32,000 nucleotides of DNA from contig OW818675.1 in the NCBI GenBank assembly GCA_942493095.1, positions 1,110,001 through 1,142,000 on the forward strand, in the 5' to 3' direction. The stretch comes from Candidatus Electronema halotolerans (GTDB taxonomy: Bacteria; Desulfobacterota; Desulfobulbia; Desulfobulbales; Desulfobulbaceae). This document shows positions 9,261 through 19,195 of this stretch, in pieces. Position 1 is the stretch's first letter. Every line of letters starts with the position of its first letter. Below the pieces are notes generated by a model. It had not been told where the DNA came from. It worked only from the letters and a program-made list of their open reading frames with translations, and made no database searches. The translations under genes and the position numbers were made by a program.

Positions 9261-9322
9261 GTTTTAAGTGCAACTTAGAGGGACTGCCGAAAAATGATGA
9301 ATGGCAAGGGTGATAATATCTA

Positions 9323-10192
9323 TCAGCGCAATGACTTGACAAGACGAAACCCTAAAAAGCTGTATCGGTCATTCGGATCGTACTTGATGCGGCAGGCGGC
9401 CCGGCAATGCTTGGCATCTGCGCTCCAAGCACCGCCACGGGCAATATGCAGCCGCCCCTGACTGCAAAGCGGATCAACAATGCCTTCACGATAGGTGTCC
9501 GAGACAATCATATCTTTTTTCTCATCCCAGTCGCATTGGTCCAAGCATCGCTCCAGCACATTGCCATGCACATCATGCAGACCCCACCTGTTTGGCCGCG
9601 ACCAGCTGACAGGAAGCGTCTGGTTTCTGTTCACGCCGCTGTTCTGACAGCCCGGCAGCGGATTCACTGCATCATTGAAATTGACCTCTTCTGCTGAAAG
9701 GCAGTCTCCAAAAGCAAAACGGGCATTGCCGCCTGCCCGGCAGGCATATTCCCATTCCGCTTCAGTAGGCAGGCGGCACAGTTCTCCCTCCTCTGCCAGC
9801 CAATTGATAAACGCCTCAATGTCGTGCATGGAAACACAGGTCACAGGATGCTCATCTGTTTGCGCAAACCCCGGAGTCTGCCACGTGCAGGAGGAATTTT
9901 TGCTCCATTCTTCCTCAAACTGGCCACCCGCACCATCACCAAATAAACCAATGGCACCGTCTTCCTTTTCCGCTTGGGTGAGGAAACCGGTCGCATCAAC
10001 GAAACGCCGCCACTGCCCAACTGTCACCGGCGTTGTCTGGAGATAAAAACCTTTGCTCAGTGTAACCTTGTGCAGCAGTTCATCAGCATATCTGCCCACC
10101 TCATCTTCAGGACTGCCCATCATGAAGGTGCCAGGCTGGATATGAACAAATGTCATGTCGAGCCGGTTTTGCAGACTCTTTTCATTGGTCAT
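9323..10192 (-). CDS. FGE/SUMF1-family protein 1 (formylglycine-generating-enzyme-like)
   Basis: MTFVHIQPGTFMMGSPEDEVGRYADE..., CRLPTEAEWEYACRAG, WGLHDVHGNVLE, HIARGGAWSADAKHCRAACRIKYDPNDRYSFLGFR. Preferred start MTNEKS at 10192, preceded by AAGGAGAGAAC. It overlaps the NRPS-2 stop by 11 bp. The tracked ORF extends to 10252. Confidence 0.9.
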   Translation of the reverse strand: MTNEKSLQNRLDMTFVHIQPGTFMMGSPEDEVGRYADELLHKVTLSKGFYLQTTPVTVGQWRRFVDATGFLTQAEKEDGAIGLFGDGAGGQFEEEWSKNSSCTWQTPGFAQTDEHPVTCVSMHDIEAFINWLAEEGELCRLPTEAEWEYACRAGGNARFAFGDCLSAEEVNFNDAVNPLPGCQNSGVNRNQTLPVSWSRPNRWGLHDVHGNVLERCLDQCDWDEKKDMIVSDTYREGIVDPLCSQGRLHIARGGAWSADAKHCRAACRIKYDPNDRYSFLGFRLVKSLR

Positions 10193-11020
10193 TGTTCTCT
10201 CCTTGGTCTGGTGCAAAATATTCAGACAGAATTGCCGTCCAGTTCTCCACATGCGGCGAGAACATCATGCTCATGTGATTTCCTCCGACCCAATGTTCTC
10301 TGACTTCAGCCGTAGTGCATTCAGGCCAGCCTTGGGTCACGAATTCTCTATTGGCCAAGCCGCCGAAGCCGTCAGTTGATTCACTGGCGCAAAACAGATG
10401 AATTGGACAATGAAGATTGCCCGGCATGACATAGACTTGATCTGCCTGGCAGGTGCGCTTATAGACATTGACCATTGCTTTCAGCTCGTCAAGCGAGGTG
10501 TTGGGAGCAAAGATATTGTGCTGCCGGAACAGTTCCATGACATGCTCATACGCAGCCTCCAGATTTCCAAAGGCTTCCAAGTCTTGGACAGAGACGTTCA
10601 AATCTGTCTGCTGTGTTGTCTCAAAGGCATAGACAATATCATGCAGCCAATTATACTCATTGTAAAAGTCCATTTCATCATGTTCGGGCGGCGAGTTCGG
10701 CGCATAGGTGTCCAAGATGGCAAGACCCTGCACCTGCTCTCCTTCCTGCTCCAGCAGCCAAGCCAACTCATAGGCGACTCGTCCGCCAGCAGAATGGCCG
10801 ACTAAGAAGTGCGGACCAGTAATGTGCTGCTGCCGCAGATTCTGCCGATGAAAGAGTGCCAGCTCCTTTAAATCTTGAATTGCAGCAAAGGAGCCGTCCA
10901 AGCCCGGCGATTGCAGCGCATAAACAGGATACATTCCGCCCAAGCTGGAGGCAAGAGAATAAAAATACATGACCGAACCAGTCGCTTCCGGCAGCAGGAG
11001 CATGACACCCTTGCCCGCCT
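10182..11020 (-). other. Type I thioesterase domain (NRPS-2, chain release)
   Basis: GVMLLLPEATGSVMYFYSLASSLGG...HFLVGHSAGGRVAYELAWLLEQEG...WVGGNHMSMM. Confidence 0.92.
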
Positions 11021-14000
11021 TCCCGCTCCGCAGCGGAATCAGGCAAGAGGAATCATCTGTTCTCCTTTCACGCAGCTGCTCGGCCAGCTCGGCGACGGTC
11101 GGGCTTTTAAACAGGCTGCTGACAGGCAGTTTCAGGTCAAACTGCTGGTGTATCTTGGCCATGAGCTGCAAGGCCAGCAGGGAATGGCCGCCGAGTTCAA
11201 AGAAGTTGTCATGGATGCTGATCCTGCTTTGGTTGAGCACGGCTTCCCAGATGGAAATCAGTTGCAGCTCAGTTGCGTCACGGGCAAATTTTTTCTCCTC
11301 CTGAAGATAGCTGCTCACCTCAAGTAATGCCAGCATGTTGCGGTCAATCTTGCCGCTGGGCGCAATCGGCATGGTCTCAACAACGCAGAAGGCTGCCGGA
11401 ATCATGTAGTCCGGCAAATGCTGCTGCAGCCATGAGCGCATGGCCTGCGTCTCCACCGGACATCGGACGGTGAGATACGCAACAAGCTGGCTGTCCGCTT
11501 CATCCTCTCTCCGCAGCAGGACCACCGCCTCGCTCACCGCCTCATGCTGGCGCAGCACAGCTTCAATCTCACCCAGTTCGATGCGGAAGCCGCGCAGCTT
11601 GATCTGATTGTCAACTCGGCCAATATATTCTATATTGCCATCAGGAAGCCATCTCGCCAAATCGCCGGTCTTGTACACCCGCTGCCGCTCGCCAAGCAGC
11701 TCAAGCGTGACAAACTGTTGTTCCGTAAGTTCAGGCCGGTTCAAATAGCCCCGCGCAAGACTCGCTCCGGCAATGCAGAGTTCTCCAGCAATGCCAAACG
11801 GCTGAATTTGATAATCCGCATTCAGAATATAGAGTTTGGTGTCAGCGGTGGATCTGCCAATCGGCACGGTTGAACAAGTTTCCGGCAGCGGATTGGGCAG
11901 CGTGTAGAGGGATGAGGCAATAACTGCCTCGGTCGGCCCATATTCATTGATGCAGGTCACATTTGGAAAGAGCTGCTGGGTTTTCCGCGCCAAGGCAACG
12001 GGAAAAACATCGCCGGCAAAAATCAGCAGACGCATCCTGTCGAGCTGCCGGGTCACATTTTCAACTTCACACATCTGCTGCCAGTAAGGTGCAGGAATAT
12101 CAACGACTGTGGCTTTTGTTTCATGCAGATATTCAATCAAGTCAAGAGGATTGATCAGTTCTTCCCGCAGCATTATCAAAGCTGCTCCGCCGAGCCATGT
12201 GCAGAAAATCTGTTCAATGGAAGGATCAAAACTTAGCGGCAGAAATTGCAGCACCCTGTCATCGCTGTCTATCCTGTAATAGTCACGCATATAGAGGCAA
12301 TGCAAGGCGATGGGGCCATGCTCCACGCATACGCCTTTTGGCAGTCCGGTTGAGCCGGAAGTATAGATGACATAGGCCAAATCCTCCGGCTTGCTGCGCC
12401 GCTGCGGATTGCCCAGAGCAGCCGCCTGCGCTGCTGTCTTGTCAACATCAATAATAACAAGCTGTTCAAGAGCTAAAAATTTCTCTTTTAACTGTTCTTG
12501 AGTCAGGACAATTTTAGTGCTGCTGTCTTCCAGCATGAAACAAAGACGCTCTGCCGGATAATCTGTGTGCAGCGGCAAATAGGCAGCACCTGTTTTAAGC
12601 ACCGCCAGCAGGGCAATCAGCATGGCCGGTGAACGCTCGACGCAGAGGCCGACTAAGGTGTTTGCCTGCAACCCATGATCTTGAATAAGAGAATGCGCCA
12701 GCGCATTGGCCCTGTCATTGAGCTGCTGATAGGTCAGCTGCTGTTCTTCAGTGATGACGGCAACAGCATGAGGTGTTTCTGCAACTTTGGCTTCAAAAAA
12801 ATCAGCCAATGCCTGCTTGCGTGAATAGGTGCTGGCGGTGTCATTCCATTGCTGAATGCAGCGCGCCTCCTCTGCTGTCAGCAGCGGCAGGGTGCGGATA
12901 TCAGCCTGCGGATTGTCAACTATGCCTTGCAGCAGCACGTCAAAATGTTCTGCCAAACTGATGATTGTCGCCTTGTCAAAAATATCTGTGGCATATTCCC
13001 ACCAGCAGGACAGTTGCTTGTCCTTTGTCACTGCGGTCAGGGTCAGGTCAAATTTGGCCACAGGATATTCAACATCCATGACGCTGACTTCCAAATCCGG
13101 CAGCGAGAGCGTGGAAACCTCATTATTTTCCAAGGCGAACATTACCTGAAACAAGGGGCTGTGGCGCATGCTGCGCACAGGATGCAGCTCTTCGACCAAA
13201 ATGTCAAAAGGAATGTCCTGATGTGTGTACGCATCCAAACAGGTCTGGCGGGTTGCCCGCAGGAGATCAAGAAAGCTCAGTTTCGATTCCCGCTTTTCAA
13301 GAGTGGCAAAGTTGGTCCGCAGAACCAAGGTGTTGACAAAAAAACCAATCAGATTTTCTGTCTGCTTCTGTGTCCGGTTGGCAATCGGCGTGCCGACACA
13401 GATGTCATCCTGTCCGCTGCACCGGGCAAGCAAAATATTGAAGGCTGCCAATAAGGTCATGAAAAGTGTGGCATTATTCTCCTGACCAAATGCGGCCAGC
13501 TTTTCACTTAATTTCTCAGAAAGCTGAAACTGGCAAACATCACCATGATATTTCCGCTCCTCTGTGCGCGGTCTGTCAAAAGGCAGCTCAATTGCATCAG
13601 GAATGCCTGCCAGCTGTCGTTTCCAATAGTCAACCTGTTCTTGTAGGATTTCACCTTGCAGCCAATCTTTCTGCCATGCCGCATAGTCACTGTAGGCGAT
13701 TTCAAGTCGGGGCAGGACTGGGCGTTCTTCCTGAGCAAAAGCAGCATAGGCCGCCTGCCATTCCTTGACAAAAAGCACCATGGACCAGCCGTCGCTGACA
13801 ATATGGTGCATGTTGAGCAGCAGAACAAACTCTTTTTCATTGAAAAATAAACATTCGGCCCGAAACAGGGCATCCTGCGTCAGGTCAAAAGGTGCAATGG
13901 CGTGCGCATTGACACGTCTTGCCACTTCCTCTTCTTTTTGATCATCAGGAAGACCAGTCAAATCATGAAATTGCAAAAAATCCATCTGCGCAGTTGGCGC

Positions 14001-17000
14001 AATGCTGATTTTCGCCTGTCCATTTTGAACATTGAAATAGGTGCGCAGGGTGCTGTGACGCTCCAAGATCAGCATCAGACTTTGCTTGAGAGCACTGGTG
14101 TGCAAATGGCCTGAGAGCTGCAAGGCCAAGGGAATATTATATTGCTCGCTGATGCCGCCCTCAAGCTGACTTAGAAACCATAAGCGCCGCTGGGCAAAGG
14201 AGAGCATCAGCTCCGCATTGTCCGGCTGCATGGCAATTGGCGGCAGGGTGATGGTGTCACGGCAGTCGGCAATCGCGTCAACCAGACCGGAGAGGGTCGG
14301 ATATTCAAAGACCTTGCGGACCGGCAGCTCAACCTGAAACAATTCTCGAACCCGGGCGACCAACTGCATGGCAAGCAGGGAGTTGCCGCCCCGCTCAAAA
14401 AAGCTGTCCTCCCTGCTGACCTGTTCCGCGTTCAGGAGCTTGCCCCACATCGCAGCAAGCAGCTCTTCTTCTTGGGTCAAAGGCTTTGCGCCTTCTGCGC
14501 CGCTTGCTTCCGGCACTGGCAGCGCCTTGCGGTCAATCTTGCCATTCGCTGTCAGCGGGAAGAATTCAATGGCAATAATGTGCTTCGGCAGCATGTAGTT
14601 GGGCAGACGTTCCTGAAGCCAGTCATGCAGTTCTTCAATATTGCAAGAAGCGGCTTGGCTTGTGCAATAGGCGGCTAAAAATTTGCCATTACCATGTCCC
14701 TGCAAAGTGACCAGCGCATCTTCCACTCTTGGATGCTGCCGCAAGGCCGCTTCAATATCGCCCAATTCAATACGGAAGCCATTGATCTTGACTTGGAAGT
14801 CATCGCGGCCTAAAAATTCAACATTGCCGTCGGCAAGATACCGCCCCAAGTCTCCTGTCCTGTACAGACGCTCGCCAGTGCGGGGATGCCTGATGAAACT
14901 GGCCGAAGTTTTTTCCTCATCACCCCAGTAGCACTGGGCCAAGCCAAGGCCGCCAATATACAGACTTCCCGGAACGTGGACTGGGCAAGGTTCCAAAAAT
15001 TTATTGAGCACATGAATCTGCTGATTGCGCAGCGGTCGGCCATAAGGGATGCTTGTCCAAGTTGGATCAACATGAGTAATGGGATAATGAATTGACCAGA
15101 TTGCAGCTTCTGTTGCGCCGCCAAGACTGATCACATCAGCCTGCGGAAACAGTTTCTTGATTTTGTCTGGCAGGCTTGTCGGAATCCAATCGCCGCTCAT
15201 CATGACCAGCCGCAATGAATCAGGAATAAGATCAGACTGTCCGGTAATATAGTCAACATAAATCTGCATCAGGGCAGGAACGGTGTTCCACAGGCTGACA
15301 TGATGCCGAGCCATCATTTTGGCCCAATACGCAGGTTCCTGCGCAAATTCAGGCTGCGGAACAATGACTGTTCCGCCGACGCTGAGAAGACCGAAAATAT
15401 CATAGACAGAAAGATCAAAACTCAGCGACGACAGAGCCAAAATACTGTCATGTTCAGTGACTGAAAAACGCTCATTGATATCGTCAATCGTATTTATTGC
15501 GGAACGATGACTGACCACCACCCCTTTTGGCTGTCCTGTTGAGCCAGAGGTGAAGATGACATAGGCAGTTTCATCAGGATGGATGCTGCTGTTCAGATTC
15601 TCTCCTGAATATGCTGCCAGAAGCAACTCCTCATAATAAACAGTCATGCAGCCTTGCGGCAGTTGCAGCTGTTCTCCAGTGCTTCGAGATGTTATGAGAT
15701 ATTTTGCTCCACTCTGGGCCAAAATTTGTTGAATCCGCTCTGCCGGATAGGTCGGATCAATCGGCAGATAGGCCATGCCAGCCTTGAGAACCGCCAGCAC
15801 ACTGACAATCATTTCGGGCGAACGGGGAAGGCTGACGGCAATAAACGGATTCTTTTCCCGATCAGGCTTGCAGGTGAGAAGATGATGGGCCAGCTGATTG
15901 GACTGCTGATTTAATTGTCTGTAGGTGACAATCTGATCAGCAAAGATAATCGCGGTATTGTCTGGATTTGCCCCAGCCTGCTCTTCAAAGTGATTGAACA
16001 GGGTGCAGTCTGGGACAGCTCCGGCTGTCTGATTCCATATTTGCTGCTGCTGATATTCCTGTTTGGTCAGCATATTCAGCTTGGCAACAGCTTTATCTGG
16101 CTGCTCAACAATGTCCGTCAGCAAGGTCATGAAATGATCATTCATGCGGACAATGGTCTCTTCGACAAATAAGTCTGTCGCATATTCCCAGTTGCAATGA
16201 ATCTGCCCCTCCTTTTCTTCGGCAAACAGGGTTAAATCAAATTTTGCAATTGGATAATCGAGATCATAAAGTTCTGTTTGCAAGCCGGACAGCTCAAGAT
16301 CAGGCAGAGGTGTTTGAAAGGCGAACATGACCTGAAAAAGAGGACTGTGACTCATGTTGCGCTGCGGTTGCAACTGCTCAACCAGCATCTCAAAAGGAAT
16401 GTCCTGATGAGCATAGGCATCCAAGCAGGTCTGGCGTGTTTTTCGCAGTAATTCCGTAAAGCTTTCCTCCGGCTCAATCTGGCTGCGCAGCACTAAGGTG
16501 TTGACAAAAAAACCAATTAAACTTTCTGTGAGGCTGTGTGTGCGGTTGGCTATTGGGCTGCCAATGCAGATGTCACGCTGACGGCTGTACCGAGACAGCA
16601 AGATGCTGAACGCAGCCAGCATGATCATGAATGTTGTCACGCCTTCCTGTCTGCTGAGTGCAATCACGGCTTGGCTTAATGCCGAAGGCAGACTGCTGGC
16701 ATAACGCCCTCCCTGATAACTGGTTCGGGCCGGACGTGTTTTATCTGTCGGCAATTCTAATAATTCAGGAATATCTGCAAGCTGCCGCCGCCAGTATTCC
16801 ATCTGCCGTTGCAGAACTTCACCTTGCAGCCACTGCCGCTGCCATGCGGCAAAATCACTGTATTGGATTGCAAGCTCAGGAATGTCAGGTTGATGATTTT
16901 CCGCAAATGCATTATAGGCCAGTTGCAGTTCACGCAGCAGGACATCAACAGACCAGCCGTCACTGGCAATATGGTGCGTGTTGAGCATGAATGCAGCCTG

Positions 17001-17888
17001 ATCGAGATGAAGATGCAGCAGTTTGAATTGGATAGGAAAGCTGCGCTGTAAATCAAAAGAGATCATGCTGAACTGATCAATCTCTGTTTTGATGGCAGAC
17101 TGCAAAGCATCTCCTTGAAAATGTCTGAGATCATGCTCTTGCAGCAGAATGTCATTTTTTATCTCATGCACTTCTGCTGATCCTTCTCCGTTGACGGAAG
17201 GAAACGAGCTGCGCAGGACGTGATGCCGCTCCAAGAGCCAGTGCAGACTTTGCTCCAAGGCGGAAATATTCAGCTTTCCGGTGAGCAGCCATGCGCCGGG
17301 CATGTTGTAATGCACTGCATCTTCCTCAAACTGATCAAGAAACCAGAGGCGCTGCTGGGCAAAGGAGAGCTGTTTCCGCGCCTTTTCTGGCTGCGCTGTG
17401 ATTGGCGGCAGACTCGCTGCCGTCTGATTTTCTCCGTCAAGAACTGAAGCAAGGCTGGATAATTCAGGATGGGTAAAAACACTGCGCACAGGCAGTTCGA
17501 TGTTAAATATGTCGCGAATCCTGGCAACAAGCTGAATTGCTGAAAGCGAATGTCCGCCTATGGCAAAAAAATTGTCATCTCTGCTAACAGATTTCACGTG
17601 CAGTAAAGCACTCCACAGGCCAGCCAGCAGCTCTTCTGTTGGCGTTACCGGCTGCCGACCTGAAGTCAATTCTTCAATTTTGGGAACAGGCAATGCCTTG
17701 CGGTCAATTTTGCCATTTGCTGTCAACGGCATTGATTCCAAAGGAATGAACAGCGACGGCACCATGTAATGCGGCAGACTCTCCTGAACAAGACTTCGCA
17801 GCTCCGCAATCAATTCATTGTGCTGCAAGCCTTTATTCTGACAGGGGGTGTTGGCGTAACGGGACCAAACGCTTGTGCAGGTGTTCAT
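10182..17888 (-). CDS. NRPS-2: [A-domain C-terminal stump]-PCP-C-A-PCP-C-A-PCP-TE
   Basis: 2,568-aa ORF. Three PCP motifs (NFFAIGGHSLSAIQLV, SFFERGGNSLLAMQLV, NFFELGGHSLLALQLM), two C domains (LNTHHIASDGWS, LNMHHIVSDGWS), two A cores (SGSTGQPKGV, SGSTGLPKGV) and a GHSAGG thioesterase. Confidence 0.97.
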   Translation of the reverse strand: MNTCTSVWSRYANTPCQNKGLQHNELIAELRSLVQESLPHYMVPSLFIPLESMPLTANGKIDRKALPVPKIEELTSGRQPVTPTEELLAGLWSALLHVKSVSRDDNFFAIGGHSLSAIQLVARIRDIFNIELPVRSVFTHPELSSLASVLDGENQTAASLPPITAQPEKARKQLSFAQQRLWFLDQFEEDAVHYNMPGAWLLTGKLNISALEQSLHWLLERHHVLRSSFPSVNGEGSAEVHEIKNDILLQEHDLRHFQGDALQSAIKTEIDQFSMISFDLQRSFPIQFKLLHLHLDQAAFMLNTHHIASDGWSVDVLLRELQLAYNAFAENHQPDIPELAIQYSDFAAWQRQWLQGEVLQRQMEYWRRQLADIPELLELPTDKTRPARTSYQGGRYASSLPSALSQAVIALSRQEGVTTFMIMLAAFSILLSRYSRQRDICIGSPIANRTHSLTESLIGFFVNTLVLRSQIEPEESFTELLRKTRQTCLDAYAHQDIPFEMLVEQLQPQRNMSHSPLFQVMFAFQTPLPDLELSGLQTELYDLDYPIAKFDLTLFAEEKEGQIHCNWEYATDLFVEETIVRMNDHFMTLLTDIVEQPDKAVAKLNMLTKQEYQQQQIWNQTAGAVPDCTLFNHFEEQAGANPDNTAIIFADQIVTYRQLNQQSNQLAHHLLTCKPDREKNPFIAVSLPRSPEMIVSVLAVLKAGMAYLPIDPTYPAERIQQILAQSGAKYLITSRSTGEQLQLPQGCMTVYYEELLLAAYSGENLNSSIHPDETAYVIFTSGSTGQPKGVVVSHRSAINTIDDINERFSVTEHDSILALSSLSFDLSVYDIFGLLSVGGTVIVPQPEFAQEPAYWAKMMARHHVSLWNTVPALMQIYVDYITGQSDLIPDSLRLVMMSGDWIPTSLPDKIKKLFPQADVISLGGATEAAIWSIHYPITHVDPTWTSIPYGRPLRNQQIHVLNKFLEPCPVHVPGSLYIGGLGLAQCYWGDEEKTSASFIRHPRTGERLYRTGDLGRYLADGNVEFLGRDDFQVKINGFRIELGDIEAALRQHPRVEDALVTLQGHGNGKFLAAYCTSQAASCNIEELHDWLQERLPNYMLPKHIIAIEFFPLTANGKIDRKALPVPEASGAEGAKPLTQEEELLAAMWGKLLNAEQVSREDSFFERGGNSLLAMQLVARVRELFQVELPVRKVFEYPTLSGLVDAIADCRDTITLPPIAMQPDNAELMLSFAQRRLWFLSQLEGGISEQYNIPLALQLSGHLHTSALKQSLMLILERHSTLRTYFNVQNGQAKISIAPTAQMDFLQFHDLTGLPDDQKEEEVARRVNAHAIAPFDLTQDALFRAECLFFNEKEFVLLLNMHHIVSDGWSMVLFVKEWQAAYAAFAQEERPVLPRLEIAYSDYAAWQKDWLQGEILQEQVDYWKRQLAGIPDAIELPFDRPRTEERKYHGDVCQFQLSEKLSEKLAAFGQENNATLFMTLLAAFNILLARCSGQDDICVGTPIANRTQKQTENLIGFFVNTLVLRTNFATLEKRESKLSFLDLLRATRQTCLDAYTHQDIPFDILVEELHPVRSMRHSPLFQVMFALENNEVSTLSLPDLEVSVMDVEYPVAKFDLTLTAVTKDKQLSCWWEYATDIFDKATIISLAEHFDVLLQGIVDNPQADIRTLPLLTAEEARCIQQWNDTASTYSRKQALADFFEAKVAETPHAVAVITEEQQLTYQQLNDRANALAHSLIQDHGLQANTLVGLCVERSPAMLIALLAVLKTGAAYLPLHTDYPAERLCFMLEDSSTKIVLTQEQLKEKFLALEQLVIIDVDKTAAQAAALGNPQRRSKPEDLAYVIYTSGSTGLPKGVCVEHGPIALHCLYMRDYYRIDSDDRVLQFLPLSFDPSIEQIFCTWLGGAALIMLREELINPLDLIEYLHETKATVVDIPAPYWQQMCEVENVTRQLDRMRLLIFAGDVFPVALARKTQQLFPNVTCINEYGPTEAVIASSLYTLPNPLPETCSTVPIGRSTADTKLYILNADYQIQPFGIAGELCIAGASLARGYLNRPELTEQQFVTLELLGERQRVYKTGDLARWLPDGNIEYIGRVDNQIKLRGFRIELGEIEAVLRQHEAVSEAVVLLRREDEADSQLVAYLTVRCPVETQAMRSWLQQHLPDYMIPAAFCVVETMPIAPSGKIDRNMLALLEVSSYLQEEKKFARDATELQLISIWEAVLNQSRISIHDNFFELGGHSLLALQLMAKIHQQFDLKLPVSSLFKSPTVAELAEQLRERRTDDSSCLIPLRSGKAGKGVMLLLPEATGSVMYFYSLASSLGGMYPVYALQSPGLDGSFAAIQDLKELALFHRQNLRQQHITGPHFLVGHSAGGRVAYELAWLLEQEGEQVQGLAILDTYAPNSPPEHDEMDFYNEYNWLHDIVYAFETTQQTDLNVSVQDLEAFGNLEAAYEHVMELFRQHNIFAPNTSLDELKAMVNVYKRTCQADQVYVMPGNLHCPIHLFCASESTDGFGGLANREFVTQGWPECTTAEVREHWVGGNHMSMMFSPHVENWTAILSEYFAPDQGENNDQ
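11340..12830 (-). other. Adenylation domain A5 (NRPS-2), substrate unassigned
   Basis: VIYTSGSTGLPKG, SFDPSIEQIF, INEYGPTEAVIASS, YKTGDLARW, SGKIDRNML. By-eye code D-P-E-D-I-A-E-I-A. Confidence 0.85.
12930..14210 (-). other. Condensation domain C5 (LCL-like)
   Basis: LSFAQRRLWFLSQLEGG...LNMHHIVSDGWS...IGFFVNTLVLR...HQDIPFDILVEEL. Confidence 0.88.
14520..16010 (-). other. Adenylation domain A4 (NRPS-2), Cys-type code
   Basis: SLSFDLSVYDIFG, VSLWNTVPALMQI, LRLVMMSGDWIP, ISLGGATEAAIWS; code read as D-L-Y-N-M-S-L-I-W. Confidence 0.85.
16090..17385 (-). other. Condensation domain C4 (LCL-like)
   Basis: LSFAQQRLWFLDQFEEDAVHYNMPG...MLNTHHIASDGWS...IGFFVNTLVLRSQ. Confidence 0.88.
17460..17888 (-). 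other. N-terminal A-domain stump (post-MT linker and A10 motif) plus PCP of NRPS-2
   Basis: MNTCTSVWSRYANTPCQNKGLQHNELIAELRSLVQESLPHYMVPSLFIPLESMPLTANGKIDRKALP..., then NFFAIGGHSLSAIQLV. No A1-A8 core precedes it in the ORF. Confidence 0.88.
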
Positions 17889-17950
17889 CTGGAAGTTTTC
17901 TTTATCGCATTAGGAGCGGGTTGAATTTTCTCAGCAACTTCTCTTTCCAA

Positions 17951-19084
17951 TCAAAAGGTTGTAAAAGAAGTCAATTTACGGAAAATAGATTCTATATGGG
18001 GAAGCAGTTCCGCAGGCTCCTGATCATCCTGAATGCGCTGTAGCCACCCTGCCTTGCATTCACAGTCAAGTCCAGCAAAGGCAGAGGAATTTTGACAGCG
18101 ATTGAATAAATGTATGGCTTCTTTCGTTTCCTGATTGCAGGCAGGACAATTTTCACTGCAAGCAAGGGCTTCCACAGTGTACGTCGGTGGACTGACATAA
18201 ATTTCAGTTTTCAATCCCAATGCTTCGCGTCGATGTAAAATTTCATCGAGACTCCATAAACGGGGAAGAGTGTACAGACCATGCTGCCAGAGATCATGCA
18301 TTAACGTGTGCTGCTCAATCGTCGCCAGTTCAAAATCAATTCTGGCAACATGGCATGATTCAAGATAACGCAAACTGTCAACTATATCCTCTATAGCCAT
18401 TTTTTCTGTCAAAAAAGGCGGCTTGAGCATGATCAGCGGCACCAGACGCACGCCATGCCGTTGCAAGATTTCCACTTTTTCTTCAAAAAGTTCAAGAGAG
18501 AAATTTTTATTGACACAGAGATTGCGTACTGTCTCGTTTGCTGATTCAAAACCGACCGCAATCTCCAGTTCAATCGTACCAAGAACTTTTTTCAAGGCGG
18601 CTATCTTTTCTTCTTCTATATCAATAACTTTCGTTTCGATAACAATTCTCCGAGCAGACGGCACTTCAGCAATCATGCTGCATATTTGCAAAACAACATC
18701 AAAATCTATCTCCCGTTCTTCAAACAGGCTGCCATCATTATATAAGCTGAAGATAGGATAATTTTGTGCTATGACATCACTGTTTGACAAGACAAGCGAT
18801 ACTTGATGAAGATAATCCTCATTTGGTATCTTATTCCCAAAATTCGTTGCATTCCAAAATCCGCAGAAGGTGCATCCTCCATTGTCATTAGCCCAAGTGC
18901 ATCCGGTTCCACGAAGGAACAGCACTAAACGGTCAACATACTCCCCATGTAAATAACTTTTTCGCAAATCTGTAAAAATTACTTCTTCAAGCTCATTATG
19001 AGAACGATGTATATGCGCAGCCTGTTTTCGTAACTTAGTCATATATTGCCTGATCTGTGATCTCAGTTCACTTTGTTTGACCAT
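17951..19084 (-). CDS. Radical SAM protein, possibly RaSEA/Elp3-like, with C-terminal Cys cluster
   Basis: VLFLRGTGCTWANDNGGCTFCGFWNATNFG (Cx8CxxC); C-terminal CSENCPACNQETKEAIHLFNRCQNSSAFAGLDCECKAGW. Preferred start MVKQSELRS at 19084 behind AAAAAGGAGAAAAAA. The tracked ORF extends to 19180. Confidence 0.8.
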   Translation of the reverse strand: MVKQSELRSQIRQYMTKLRKQAAHIHRSHNELEEVIFTDLRKSYLHGEYVDRLVLFLRGTGCTWANDNGGCTFCGFWNATNFGNKIPNEDYLHQVSLVLSNSDVIAQNYPIFSLYNDGSLFEEREIDFDVVLQICSMIAEVPSARRIVIETKVIDIEEEKIAALKKVLGTIELEIAVGFESANETVRNLCVNKNFSLELFEEKVEILQRHGVRLVPLIMLKPPFLTEKMAIEDIVDSLRYLESCHVARIDFELATIEQHTLMHDLWQHGLYTLPRLWSLDEILHRREALGLKTEIYVSPPTYTVEALACSENCPACNQETKEAIHLFNRCQNSSAFAGLDCECKAGWLQRIQDDQEPAELLPHIESIFRKLTSFTTF

Positions 19085-19195
19085 TTTTTTCTCCTTTTTG
19101 AAAAAAGTTGGCGACTTTGAAAAAGATGAAGGGTGGATGAAAGAGGACAGTTTCAGCTCTCTTTGCTTGTCATGGAGCAAACGCCTCAGCGCATA

